Part shown: piece by piece, positions 54,505 to 64,000 of the stretch
How positions within the stretch are numbered: position 1 is the stretch's first letter
How the letters are laid out: every line of letters starts with the position of its first letter
From: Candidatus Marinacidobacterium sp.
GTDB taxonomy: Bacteria > Acidobacteriota > Vicinamibacteria > Marinacidobacterales > Marinacidobacteraceae
Length of the DNA: 64,000 nt
Assembly: GCA_965204755.1 (NCBI GenBank)
Contig: OZ242011.1
Coordinates: forward strand, 2,304,001-2,368,000
Direction of reading: 5' to 3'
Translations under genes and position numbers: made by a program
Notes under the pieces: model-generated
What the model was told of the DNA's origin: nothing
The model's input: the letters and a program-made list of their open reading frames with translations, nothing else
Database searches by the model: none

Positions 54505-55791
54505 ATGCGAGAGTTCAGCCGTCGGGTTGTCCGTGGGCTAACGGGCGCGGGGCTCGCGACCGCCGCGCTCGCCGCCGCCTGCGCCCCGTCGGCGCCCGAG
54601 CCGGGAGTCGTCGCCATCGTCGGCGGCATCGTGTATCCGGTCACTTCGCCCCCCATCGAGGGCGGCGCGGTGCTCATCCGGGACGGCCGGATCGAAGCCG
54701 TCGGCGCCGACCTCGACCTCCCCTCCGGGGCGCGGATCGTGGACGCTTCCGGCGGCAGCGTCATTCCCGGCATCATCGAGACCCATTCCCACATGGGTTT
54801 CAAGATGCTGAACCTCCCGGCGACCGGGTCGAACAACAACGAACTCTCTTCACCGATCAACGCCCATGTCCGGGCGATGGACGGGCTCGACTCCTCCGAT
54901 CCGGCTTTCTCCCTCGCGGTCGCCGGGGGCATCACCACCCAGAACATCACCACCGGCAGCCGCAGCCCGAACAGCGGGCAGGCGGTGCTGGTCAAGATGC
55001 GCGGCGGCACCGTGGAAGACATGTTCTTCGCGCACGGCGGCATGAAGTTCGCCATCCGCGCCACCACCCCCTATCCGAACTTTCCGCAGGACGAAGCCGG
55101 CGTCTTCGAGTTGTTGAACGGGGAACTCGAAGAGTCCCGGGAGTACCTCGCGGCCATCGCCGCGCACGAAGCCGATCCCGACAACCACCCGCGCCCGCCC
55201 CGCGACCTCACGAAGGAAGCGTTCGGCAAACTCCTTACGCGCGAATGGCCGGTGGGCGTCCACTCCCACACGGCGGAACAGATGGGCTACGCGATCGAAC
55301 TGAAGCGCCGCTTCGACCTCGACCTCTACATCCACCACGGGGACCGCACGGATGTGCACGCCGAAGCGATGGCCGAACTCGGCGTGCCGGTGAGTTTCGG
55401 CCCCATCCTGCCGTTCGACAGCCCGGAGAGCGAGGACCTGCTCGGCCCCATCCGCCTCGCCGAGTCGGGAGGCCTCGTGGCGTTCCACCAGGACCATCCC
55501 GACGGCCACCAGTACTTCCTCCGCCATACCGGCGCGATGTTCGTCCGGCGGGGTATGCCGCCCGACGAAGCGTTGAAGGCCCTCACGATCAACGGGGCGC
55601 GGATCTTCGGCGTGGACGACCGGATCGGCAGTCTGGAGCCGGGGAAGGACGCCGACCTGGTGGTCCTGGGCGGCGAGGACCCGCTGGCTTTCGATAGTTT
55701 GGTGATGCGCGTGTTCGTGGACGGCGTGGAGGTCTTCGACCGCGAGACCGGGTTCGATGTCTTCGGCGGGCGCGTCCCGGAGGGCTGGTGA
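54505..55791 (+). CDS. Amidohydrolase family lipoprotein (metal ligands present)
   Basis: Lipobox-like LAAAC, PGIIETHSH, VHSH, IHHG, QDHP and GSLEPGKDADLV. Confidence 0.88.
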   Translation: MREFSRRVVRGLTGAGLATAALAAACAPSAPEPGVVAIVGGIVYPVTSPPIEGGAVLIRDGRIEAVGADLDLPSGARIVDASGGSVIPGIIETHSHMGFKMLNLPATGSNNNELSSPINAHVRAMDGLDSSDPAFSLAVAGGITTQNITTGSRSPNSGQAVLVKMRGGTVEDMFFAHGGMKFAIRATTPYPNFPQDEAGVFELLNGELEESREYLAAIAAHEADPDNHPRPPRDLTKEAFGKLLTREWPVGVHSHTAEQMGYAIELKRRFDLDLYIHHGDRTDVHAEAMAELGVPVSFGPILPFDSPESEDLLGPIRLAESGGLVAFHQDHPDGHQYFLRHTGAMFVRRGMPPDEALKALTINGARIFGVDDRIGSLEPGKDADLVVLGGEDPLAFDSLVMRVFVDGVEVFDRETGFDVFGGRVPEGW

Positions 55792-57020
55792 TGCCCGAAC
55801 ACCGGCGGGCGGTCGGCGTCCCGGCGGCGCGGGCGGCCGGGCGCGTCCTCGCGGCGCTGCTGCTCCCGGCGCTGTTCCTGCCGGCCGTTTCCGTCGGCCA
55901 GTCGGTCGCCATCGTCGGCGGCGAAGTGCATACCGGTCGGGGCGAGGTCCTGTCCGGCGCTTCGGTGCTCATCGAGGACGGCAAGATCGCTGCCGTCGGC
56001 GCCGGCGTCGAAGTCCCGGAGGGCGTCGAGACCCTCTCCGCCGAGGGGATGGTGGTGACCCCGGGGTTCCTGGACGCCCAGACCCTGCTCGGAACCGAGC
56101 CGGCGGGCGGAGCCCTGGTCGCGATCGCCGGCGAAACCGGGCCCGGCATCACCCCGGCGGCGCGCGCCGCCGACCGCTTCGCGGAAGGTCTCGCGCCGCT
56201 CTGGCTGCGCGAAGGGGTGACCACCGTGTACCTGGCGCCCGACCCCCGGCGGCTCATCGGCGGGCTGGGCGCGGTGGCCAAATTGGCCGGCCCGCGGGAG
56301 ACCGCGCTCCTCCGGGAGGATGCGGCGGTCTCGGCCTCGTTCGGGGAATCCGCCGTCGGCGACACGCCGCCGGGCCGCGACCGTCCGACCGGCCCGACGA
56401 CCCGGCAGGGGATGATCTACGCCCTCCGCCGGACGCTCGTCGAGGCGCAGGAAGACACCCTCGGCGGCGAGGCCGGGCGGGCGCTGGGCCGTCTGCTGGC
56501 CGGGGAAACGCCGCTCCGCGCGCTCGTCAACAAGCCGGACGACATCGAGACCGCGCTGCGGGTGGCGGGCGAATTCGACCTGCGCCTCGTGCTCGACCAG
56601 GCGGCGGGGGCGGCTGCGGTCGCCTCCCGGCTCGCCGAAGCGGACATCCCGGTGGTGGTCGGCCCGGCGATCCTCGCCATCGGCGACGGCGGCCCGATGG
56701 AACTCGCGAGCCACTCCCCGGCGACCGCCGCCGCCCTCCACCGCGCCGGCGTCCGCATCGCGCTCTCCACCTTCGGCAGCCGGGGGCGTTCGGTGGCGAT
56801 GGAAGCGGCCATCGCCTGGGCGCACGGCCTCCCGCGCGACGCCGCGCTCACCGCGGTGACCGGCGGCGCCGCGGAGATCCTCGGCGTCGCCGACCGGGTG
56901 GGCTCGCTAGAGCCCGGCCTCGACGGGGACCTGGTGGTCTGGAGCGAACACCCGATCGGCACTTACGCCCGCGCCTTGGCGGTCGTCGTGGACGGCCGCG
57001 TGGTCTTCCGCCGGGACTGA
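55788..57020 (+). CDS. Amidohydrolase-fold paralogue lacking the metal-binding His residues
   Basis: TPGFLDAQT (no HxH), GSLEPGLDGDLVVW; signal peptide. Confidence 0.82.
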   Translation: MMPEHRRAVGVPAARAAGRVLAALLLPALFLPAVSVGQSVAIVGGEVHTGRGEVLSGASVLIEDGKIAAVGAGVEVPEGVETLSAEGMVVTPGFLDAQTLLGTEPAGGALVAIAGETGPGITPAARAADRFAEGLAPLWLREGVTTVYLAPDPRRLIGGLGAVAKLAGPRETALLREDAAVSASFGESAVGDTPPGRDRPTGPTTRQGMIYALRRTLVEAQEDTLGGEAGRALGRLLAGETPLRALVNKPDDIETALRVAGEFDLRLVLDQAAGAAAVASRLAEADIPVVVGPAILAIGDGGPMELASHSPATAAALHRAGVRIALSTFGSRGRSVAMEAAIAWAHGLPRDAALTAVTGGAAEILGVADRVGSLEPGLDGDLVVWSEHPIGTYARALAVVVDGRVVFRRD

Positions 57021-57174
57021 GCCGGGGGCGATGTTCCCGCCCTTCTCGGGGCGCCGCGGACTGCGGCTCCGGCCCCGCATCGAGCGCCGAGCGCTTCGGC
57101 CGCCGCGCCGACCCACTCGTTCGAGGCCTTCTCGAAGAAGACCCGTCCCGCCTCGCGGCAGGAGTAGCACTCCC

Positions 57175-58659
57175 ATGGTTTCCCGACAACGCGTCGTCCT
57201 TTCGTTCTTCGTTCTCGCGATCGCCGCCGGCGCTTCGTCGTCCTCGGCGGCGCCGGCCTTCGGCGGGAGCGAGTCCCGCGCCGCCGACCCCGAGGTGCGG
57301 GCGGGCCTCACGCTGCTCGACGAGTGGATTCGCGCCCGCATCGAGTACGAAGGGTTGCCGGGCTTGGTCATCGGGATCACCCACGACCAGGAGGTCGTCT
57401 GGACGAAGGCTTACGGACACGCCTCGCTCGACCCCGAAACCCCCATGACCGTGGACTCGATCTTCCGGATCGCGTCGCATTCCAAACTGTTCACCGCGAT
57501 CGCCGTGTTGCGCGAACGGGACGCGGGCACGCTGCGGCTCGACGACGAGGTCCGGAAGCACCTGCCCTGGTTCGACTTGGAAAACCGCCACCCGGAGGCG
57601 CGGGCGCTCACCGTGCGGCACCTGCTCACCCACACCGGAGGCCTGCCGCGCGAGTCGGTGCACCCGGCGTGGACCGAGTTCGTATTCCCCGACGCCGAAG
57701 CGGTGCAGGCGACGGTTTCCGAACAGGAAACCACTTACGCCACCGAGACCAAGTGGAAGTACTCGAACCTCGGCTTCACGCTCGCGGGCATGGTGGCCGA
57801 GGCGGCCGGCGGCGAGTCGTTCGGCGAGTTGGTCACCGCCGGGATCCTGCAACCGCTGGGAATGGACTCGACCAGCGTCGGCCCGGTTCCCGAGTCGCAG
57901 CGCGCCCGGCTGGCCACCGGCTACGGGCGGCGGATGCCCGACGGGAACCGGGAGGCGTATCCCTTCGTGGACGCCCGCGCCTTCGACCCGGCGACCGGAG
58001 TCTCCTCGACCGTCCCCGACCTGCTGCGTTTCCTCCAGTGGCAGATGCGCGTCCGCGACCGCGAGAGCGAGGAGGTGCTGGCCGCGAACACGCTGCTGGA
58101 GATGCAGCGCGTCCACTGGCTGCAGCCCGACTGGAAGAGCGGGTGGGGCCTCGGTTTCTCCGTGCGCCACACCGAAGACCGCGACCTGATCGGCCACGGG
58201 GGTTCCTATCCCGGCTACCGCACGCAGACCCTCCTGAGCCCGAAGGAGAAGGTCGGCGTGGTCGTCTTCACGAACGGCGGCGACGGCAACCCCGGCCGCT
58301 TCGTCGAGAAGGCATTCGAGTGGGTGGCCCCGCCCCTCGTCGAAGCCGCGAAGGAATCGGAGGAGAAGGAGACAGCCGTCTTCGAGCCGGTGTGGGAGAT
58401 CTACCTCGGCGCCTACCGCAGCCGCTGGGGCGACACTACGGTGGCGCGTCTCGCCGACGAGTTGGTGCTGTTCTCACCGCTCTCCGAGAACCCGGAAAGA
58501 TCGAAGGGTGTCCTCCGCCCCACCGACGAAGAACATGTCTTCCGCCTGGAGAGCGACGGCTACGGCCCCCACGGCGAGTTGGTCCGCTTCGCCGTGGACG
58601 AAACCGGCGCCGTAACCCGCGTCTACACGGGCGTCAACTACTCCGATCGCCTCCGGTAA
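57175..58659 (+). CDS. Serine hydrolase, beta-lactamase class C/PBP-like family, exported
   Basis: FRIASHSK (SxxK), LLTHTGGL, YSN and HGG; signal peptide from ATG 57175. Confidence 0.9.
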   Translation: MVSRQRVVLSFFVLAIAAGASSSSAAPAFGGSESRAADPEVRAGLTLLDEWIRARIEYEGLPGLVIGITHDQEVVWTKAYGHASLDPETPMTVDSIFRIASHSKLFTAIAVLRERDAGTLRLDDEVRKHLPWFDLENRHPEARALTVRHLLTHTGGLPRESVHPAWTEFVFPDAEAVQATVSEQETTYATETKWKYSNLGFTLAGMVAEAAGGESFGELVTAGILQPLGMDSTSVGPVPESQRARLATGYGRRMPDGNREAYPFVDARAFDPATGVSSTVPDLLRFLQWQMRVRDRESEEVLAANTLLEMQRVHWLQPDWKSGWGLGFSVRHTEDRDLIGHGGSYPGYRTQTLLSPKEKVGVVVFTNGGDGNPGRFVEKAFEWVAPPLVEAAKESEEKETAVFEPVWEIYLGAYRSRWGDTTVARLADELVLFSPLSENPERSKGVLRPTDEEHVFRLESDGYGPHGELVRFAVDETGAVTRVYTGVNYSDRLR

Positions 58660-58670
58660 GCGCCCATCCT

Positions 58671-59879
58671 TCAGGCGGCGCGTTCGGCCGCCGCTCCGAG
58701 GCGCAGCGCCCGGACCGCCTCGGCGATTTCCTCCACCCGGTGGAGTACTTCGTCGAGCGAGCCCGAAAGATCAAGCGCCAAGATGCGGAGACACTTGCCG
58801 GCGTGGCGCACGGTGTAGGCGCGTCCCTCCGCTTCGCCCTTCGCATAGATGAGCAGGCCTCCGGGAAGGCCGGCGGCGGTCGAATAGGCAAGGAGTTGGT
58901 AGATGTCGGCGTTCCGAATTCCGAAGTCGGCGCGCTTGTATTTCGCGTCGCCGACGAAGACGGTTCGTCCCTCCTCGGTCCATACGAGGTCGGGTCGCAG
59001 ACGCACGCGCCCTCTCTCATCGAGTGACTCGATTCGCCGTTCGCAGAACGCTCGTGCGGGCAGTTTCAGTCTTTCGCGGAGCGCCACGGTGAGGAACTCC
59101 TGAAAGACGGCGTTCATGTCCATCAGGAATCCGGACACTCGGACCTCGCCTCGCTCGGCTTCGTAGGAGGCCTGGCGCAAGACGAGTCGTGCGAGGGCGA
59201 CTACCCCTCGGTAGTGCGCATTCAGCCGGTCGAATGCGACGCGCGGTACCGCGTTTCGCGGATATTCGCGGAGCGACACACCTTCAAGTTGCGTCCGGAC
59301 ATGGGAGAGTCGGCGTCGCGCCGCAGTGGACCGGAGTCGCAATCCTCCCAGCCGGCGGACAGCCGCGGCGACCAAGCGGTTGGGAAGAATGTCTGCGGTG
59401 AACTCGTCGTAGCGCACTTCCGCGGGCAGGGGGAACCCGTAGCGGCGGCGAATCTGCTCGTCGAAGCGGACGCGCCCGCGCACCGTGGTGAGCGCGTCCT
59501 CCCGGCCGAGATATCCGTGGAACAGACCGCCGGAGAAGGCTTGCCGCGCCGCCGCCGAGAGTGCGAGCGCCACCGCATCGGGCAGCGCCTCTTCCTCGGG
59601 AAAGTCGAAGTCGTCTTCCCGGAAACGCACCCGACCGATGGCGTAGCAGGCGAGGGACAGCAGTTGCGGAATCCCGATCTTGGGCTCGATGCGCACCGAA
59701 AGATCGCCAACTTCGAGTGCGCCCACGGTCGCGGCGGGCGTGAGGCAGTACTGTTCCAACTTGCCGGGAATCGGCGCGATCGTAAGATCGCGGACCGCGC
59801 TCTTCAGTGCGTCGCGTACGGCCACGGTGAGCGAGATGGGGTCGCTCGTCGCATACTCTTGGATGTCCAACTGCGACAT
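58671..59879 (-). CDS. mcrC: McrC-family restriction subunit
   Basis: IEPKI, FLMDMNAVFQEF, LRPDLV, GDAKYK and DIYQLLAY. Confidence 0.9.
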   Translation of the reverse strand: MSQLDIQEYATSDPISLTVAVRDALKSAVRDLTIAPIPGKLEQYCLTPAATVGALEVGDLSVRIEPKIGIPQLLSLACYAIGRVRFREDDFDFPEEEALPDAVALALSAAARQAFSGGLFHGYLGREDALTTVRGRVRFDEQIRRRYGFPLPAEVRYDEFTADILPNRLVAAAVRRLGGLRLRSTAARRRLSHVRTQLEGVSLREYPRNAVPRVAFDRLNAHYRGVVALARLVLRQASYEAERGEVRVSGFLMDMNAVFQEFLTVALRERLKLPARAFCERRIESLDERGRVRLRPDLVWTEEGRTVFVGDAKYKRADFGIRNADIYQLLAYSTAAGLPGGLLIYAKGEAEGRAYTVRHAGKCLRILALDLSGSLDEVLHRVEEIAEAVRALRLGAAAERAA

Positions 59880-59907
59880 CAGTTCACACCCCTCAGAAAG
59901 TCCTTCG

Positions 59908-61374
59908 TCAGCCTTCGTCGCCGTCCCCGCGCTGGGAGAGATCCCTGTTCTCCCGAGACGATCCGTCCCCGGCGTCGCCTGGCGATACAACCCGGCGATT
60001 CCAAAGTTCGTCGAACTCGCGCAGTGCGTCCGGCTCGCCGAACAGCCTCTCCCCGACATAGGGCCGCACCGCGTGCCGCCAAACCCGCTCTGCCATGGCG
60101 TCGTCGAGGCCCTTCTTCATGAAATAACTCGGCCCGATGGCGGCGTCCCCGGCGCTCCGAACCTTCAGGAGACTGTTCGCACCTTTCACGAAGTCTGCGA
60201 TCCAAGTCATTCTCGGCGCCTCGTCCCGGACGAAGCGGCGCAACACTCCCCGGACTGGGTCCTCGTGCGGATCGAATCCCACGAAGTAGAACCGCCGTCG
60301 CAGCGCGAGGTCCACGAGAGCGATGGAGCGGTCGGCCGTGTTCATCGTCCCGATGATGTGGAGATTCTCCGGCAGGGAGAATGACTCGCCGCCGTACTGC
60401 AGGCAAATCGCCTCCTCGCGGTACTCGAGGAGGAAGTACAACTCCCCGAACACCTTGGAGAGGTTGCCCCGGTTGATCTCGTCGATGATAAGGAAGTGCT
60501 TGGCGTCCGGCTCGCCACGCGCCCGATCGGCGGCCTCGACCAGTGGACCGTTTCGCAGGTCGAACCCCGCCGTCCCCTCAGATAGCCGGGGTCGGAATCC
60601 CTGCACGAAGTCCTCATAGGTGAACGACGGATGGAACTGCACCAGCGTGACGCGAGCTTTCGCTCCACTCAACTGACGCGCCAAGGCGCGGGCGATGTGG
60701 GTCTTGCCCGTGCCTGGTGGGCCGAAGAAGATGACCTGCTTCTTTTCTCCGATGAGCGTCTCGATCTCCCGAAGGAAGTTGTCGTCCTCAAGGTAGAGGT
60801 CCTTCGCGAGGGCGTACAAAGTGCTGGGTGGCTCGTCATCCGTCCCTTGATCAGGATCAAACCACCCCCTGATGAACCGGTCGTAGTCTTGTTTCTCACC
60901 CTCAAAGGCGAACGCGATGAGTTGTTTCGCTGCCCACGGCACCGCCCCCTTTCCAGGCGCGACCTGCCAGATGGTGTTCATGCTCGTGTAGAAGTACCAG
61001 TCTCGTGGTTCGCCAAACGAGTCCCAAGCCACTGCGACTCGCTGCCCGTTCTCCGGTTGGCCCGCAATCCTTCCGACAGCTTTGATCCGCATTACCGACA
61101 TGGTGCGCCCCCGTGCGTTGAACGGAAGGTCGTGCTTCTTGGTGAAGGAAGCCTTGATGGCGATGCGATCCCCCGGCTGCATTGCGTTGACCTGCCGCCG
61201 AACATCTTTGCGATCCTCACCGAAGCCGTGCTCCCAGATACCGTCACGGAGGAAGCGTTCCGTCTGGTCGTGCCTGCCGTATGTCGCGCCGACGAACCAG
61301 CAGGGGCGGTCCTCAACGGGCGTCGGAAGGTGGGCGGCGGAATCGAGCGCGGCGTCGACGACACGGGATGCCAT
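59908..61374 (-). CDS. mcrB: McrB-family GTPase with a non-E. coli-type N-terminal recognition domain
   Basis: GPPGTGKT, VQFHPSFTYEDF, IIDEINRGN, GTMNTADRS and ALRRRF. Confidence 0.92.
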   Translation of the reverse strand: MASRVVDAALDSAAHLPTPVEDRPCWFVGATYGRHDQTERFLRDGIWEHGFGEDRKDVRRQVNAMQPGDRIAIKASFTKKHDLPFNARGRTMSVMRIKAVGRIAGQPENGQRVAVAWDSFGEPRDWYFYTSMNTIWQVAPGKGAVPWAAKQLIAFAFEGEKQDYDRFIRGWFDPDQGTDDEPPSTLYALAKDLYLEDDNFLREIETLIGEKKQVIFFGPPGTGKTHIARALARQLSGAKARVTLVQFHPSFTYEDFVQGFRPRLSEGTAGFDLRNGPLVEAADRARGEPDAKHFLIIDEINRGNLSKVFGELYFLLEYREEAICLQYGGESFSLPENLHIIGTMNTADRSIALVDLALRRRFYFVGFDPHEDPVRGVLRRFVRDEAPRMTWIADFVKGANSLLKVRSAGDAAIGPSYFMKKGLDDAMAERVWRHAVRPYVGERLFGEPDALREFDELWNRRVVSPGDAGDGSSRENRDLSQRGDGDEG

Positions 61375-61386
61375 CAGGTTCGGAAC

Positions 61387-61431
61387 TCCTCCTTCGGTGA
61401 GATCTCGCGGAGTGTGTCTGGCACTATAGTG
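61387..61431 (-). promoter_or_regulatory. Putative -10 (TATAGT) and RBS (AAGGAGGA) for mcrBC
   Basis: Minus-strand TATAGT within the palindrome CACTATAGTG (61422-61431); purine-rich RBS at ~61387-61394. Confidence 0.45.
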
Positions 61432-61454
61432 GAGAAGCGACGAGAATCTCTGAT

Positions 61455-61862
61455 CTAGCCGGACGCGGTCGGATCAGGTTGCTTCGGAGCGCCTTCCGAG
61501 ATCCCGACCGAGTCGGTGCGCTGCCTGGTATCGAGCGGAAGGTCGTGGCCGTCGACCAAGACTACATGCCGGCGCCGGATGTTCTCTCGAAAACTCCGGG
61601 GAATGGCGTCCCAAGCGAACAAGTCCACGCGAAACGGCAGGCTGCTCTCCTCGAAGGCGTCGCGAAGATCCCCGACCTGCCGCATCTCGTCCGGCGCAGC
61701 GAAGACGACCAAGTCGAGGTCGGAACTGGGCCGAGCGGTCCCTCCCACGCGGGACCCATACACCCAAGCCGTGGTGTTCGGGAGATGTCGCCGGAGGATA
61801 TCAAGGACGGCTTGCCGTTCGGCCGCCGTCAGCGCGAGGTCCGACTCGCCACCGAGACTCAT
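61455..61862 (-). CDS. Minimal nucleotidyltransferase (MNT antitoxin)
   Basis: WVYGSRVGG..SDLDLVV..LPFRVDL; ATG overlaps the HEPN stop. Confidence 0.88.
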   Translation of the reverse strand: MSLGGESDLALTAAERQAVLDILRRHLPNTTAWVYGSRVGGTARPSSDLDLVVFAAPDEMRQVGDLRDAFEESSLPFRVDLFAWDAIPRSFRENIRRRHVVLVDGHDLPLDTRQRTDSVGISEGAPKQPDPTASG

Positions 61863-62275
61863 TCCCAGGACTCGCCGGTCAGGGTCTCGTAGAGACGCAC
61901 GGCGTCGCCGAGGAACTCCGGAACGAGTTCGACGCACGCTTCGGCCTTCGCGCCGTCGTAGTCGTGCGCGGTGGCCACGCGGGCATCCGCATAGCGGAAC
62001 CACTGCGGCACGGGAGCGTCCAGCAGGTCGTTCTCCGCGGCGATGCGGAGGATCGGTTTGGGACTGCTCGGCGCATCGGAGATACCGAGTTCGTGGACCA
62101 GGTGCCGCTTCAGCACTTTCCAAAGACAGTCGTAGCAGGTCTCGAAGCGCTGAATGACCGACTCCCTGATCGCCTCCTGATCGAGTCGCGTGCGTTCGGC
62201 CCCCGAGTTGTCCCAGTTCTCGTACTGCTCCTCCAGTCGCCGCAACGACAGTTGGAACTTGCCGTAGTCGATCAT
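61859..62275 (-). CDS. HEPN toxin / nucleotidyltransferase substrate-binding protein (HI0074-like)
   Basis: SVIQRFETCYDCLWKVLK, SPKPILR and an RX4H motif (RVATAHDY). Confidence 0.88.
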   Translation of the reverse strand: MIDYGKFQLSLRRLEEQYENWDNSGAERTRLDQEAIRESVIQRFETCYDCLWKVLKRHLVHELGISDAPSSPKPILRIAAENDLLDAPVPQWFRYADARVATAHDYDGAKAEACVELVPEFLGDAVRLYETLTGESWE

Positions 62276-62547
62276 CGTCCGGCTCGGCGACGCCTGCCGA
62301 TACTCAGCCGGCGCTTCCGCATAACTCGACGGTGGCGATGCGTCCGTTCGGTAAGCCCGACGCCGGGACTTACACGACTCGGCGAGCAGAGGAGAGTCGG
62401 CATGGAGGTCGGCAGCGGCGCTGATGGTAGCGGGATAGTGGCATTGGGGCGGCCCCCGGCACTCATCGAGTGCCCCGGCCGCCCCGGCCGGGAGAGCGGA
62501 GAGAGGTGGGGCGGGGTGTGCGTTTGGCGGCGCAACGAACGGGCGAG

Positions 62548-63870
62548 TCAGCGCCCGATGGCGTAGGGGGTGAGTGGGATGCCGGGTTCGGAACCTTCGG
62601 CCAATTCGGCGACCAGGCGGCCCGTTCCCAGGGACTGGGTGAAGCCGAGCATTCCGTGGCCGGTGGCGACGAGCAGGCCGGACAGCCCCGGAGGCCGGCC
62701 GATGAAGGGGAGGCTGTCCGGGGTCAGCGGGCGGAAGCCGAACCAGGGGACTTCGTCCTCCAACGGCGCCTCGGCCCGGAGCGCCGCGCGGGCGCCTTCG
62801 ATGACGGCCCGGTACCGGCGGAGGTCGAGGCGGCGCTCGAAACCGGCCAGTTCGAGGGTTCCGGCGAACCGCACCTGATGCTGCAGCGGCGTGACGATGG
62901 CCTTCCGCTCCGCGACCGTTGCGGCGAGGGAGGGAGTTCCGGGGAAGCGTCGGATCGTCGCGGAGTAGCCCTTCGCCGGGATGACCGGCAGCCGCAGGCC
63001 GACCGTACGGCCGACTCGCGGGCTCCAGGCGCCGAGCGCCAGCACCGTTTCGTCGGCGGGCCGTTCTTCCGCTTCGCCCTCGGTCTCGTCCGGTCCGTCG
63101 GCGACGCCGGCGGTTTCCGGCGTGGGGGGCGCGCTCACGGCCACTCGGCGGGTCAGCGCCCCGACGACGGCGCCGCGCCGCCGGAGGAGGCCGGCGACCC
63201 GCGCCCCCGTCTCGATGCGCACGCCCATCCGCCGCAGCGTCGCCACCATGGATTCGGCGAAGCCGAGGCTCAGGCCGTGGGCGTCCCCCGCGAGGAACAG
63301 CGCCCCGAGCACCGCGCCGCTGAACGCCGGCTCGCGCTCGCGGGCGGCGTCGCCGTCCAGCACTTCCACCGGGAAACCGGCGCCGCGCAGTTGTTCCGCC
63401 TCGCGCCGGCCCTGCGCGAACCCCGCCTCGGTCAGGTACAGGAGCCACCCGCCCCGCCGCTCGTAGTAGAAGTCCACTTCGCCCTGTTCCAGCAACTCCT
63501 CGAACAGGGTCAGGCTCAGGCCCGACAGCGCGGCGAGCGCCGTGAACCCCGCCTCGGAGCGGGCGCGGGTGCAGGCGCGGGCGAAACCGAGCAGCCAGCC
63601 GAGGAGCGCCGGGTCGGCGCGCCAGCGGATGCGGAACGGGCTGTCGCCCCTGAGCGACCACCGCAGCGCCTTGCCGAGAACGCCGGGCGCCGGCAGCGGG
63701 TGGGAGTGGGCGGCGCAGAGCAGCCCGGCAGTGCCGCAGGTGGCGCCGTGACCCGGAGCGCCGGAGTCGAGGACCTCGACCTCCCAACCGGCGCGCCGGA
63801 GGAAGTAGGCGCAGGAGAGCCCGACCGCCCCCGCACCCAACACCAGCGCCCGGCGGCGGCCGGTCGCCAC
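62548..63870 (-). CDS. FAD-dependent D-amino-acid dehydrogenase/oxidase (DadA-like)
   Basis: VLGAGAVG, ALGAWS, PAKGYS, GFRPLTPDSLP and ATGHGMLG. Confidence 0.9.
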   Translation of the reverse strand: MATGRRRALVLGAGAVGLSCAYFLRRAGWEVEVLDSGAPGHGATCGTAGLLCAAHSHPLPAPGVLGKALRWSLRGDSPFRIRWRADPALLGWLLGFARACTRARSEAGFTALAALSGLSLTLFEELLEQGEVDFYYERRGGWLLYLTEAGFAQGRREAEQLRGAGFPVEVLDGDAAREREPAFSGAVLGALFLAGDAHGLSLGFAESMVATLRRMGVRIETGARVAGLLRRRGAVVGALTRRVAVSAPPTPETAGVADGPDETEGEAEERPADETVLALGAWSPRVGRTVGLRLPVIPAKGYSATIRRFPGTPSLAATVAERKAIVTPLQHQVRFAGTLELAGFERRLDLRRYRAVIEGARAALRAEAPLEDEVPWFGFRPLTPDSLPFIGRPPGLSGLLVATGHGMLGFTQSLGTGRLVAELAEGSEPGIPLTPYAIGR

Positions 63871-64000
63871 GGCTCTACCTCCGCTCCTCGAGCGCGCCGA
63901 CCGGGCGAGCCGGAGCGCGCCCCGCGAGCGCGCCGCGACTAAGCGTTCGGTTCGCCGCCGCCGGCCGCTGTCGGGTCGGCGTCGTCGGCGGACGGCCCGT

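Noticed and set aside
63939-64000. 3' end of a minus-strand gene (...GPSADDADPTAAGGGEPNA*)
   Set aside because: Only about 19 low-complexity codons are visible; cannot be supported or named.
1-64000. tRNA/rRNA genes, integrase or prophage genes, clear intrinsic terminators
   Set aside because: None recognised by eye; GC-rich hairpins lack convincing U-tracts. A tRNAscan/Infernal run would be needed to exclude small RNAs.

Overview
High-GC bacterial chromosomal window (gene content and style would fit an Acidobacteriota-like organism; this is inference, not proven). Housekeeping genes at the left (partial qor, uvrC, trpS, scpA, scpB, a RluB-Cmk fusion) are followed by a ~34.5 kb defence island (about 6.7-41.2 kb). 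The island holds three stand-alone MAD3/MAD4-like ABC-ATPase + TOPRIM-like pairs and a restriction-like DUF499/DUF1156/PLD-SNF2 system with a nested Septu-like cassette carrying two PtuA paralogues and one HNH. It also holds an uncharacterised gene + P-loop ATPase pair, an IS1634-family element with a 200-bp target duplication, and an orphan RelB/DinJ antitoxin. The best candidate for an undescribed system is a tightly coupled 8-gene minus-strand operon (20534->10854): MerR-like HTH, VIT-vWA-DUF932 fusion, multi-TM coiled-coil protein, membrane-anchored vWA-like protein, a MotA/ZorA-like + MotB/ZorB-like pair, and two secreted proteins, with no Zorya effectors. The right part has uvrA, metabolic and envelope genes, an AAA/DUF4143 gene preceded by a 23-bp-phased operator-like array, a type II R-M pair, McrBC and a HEPN-MNT pair. 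Host-like genes avoid ACGT and AGCT, which marks out recently acquired segments. All family calls come from motifs recognised by eye; no searches were run.
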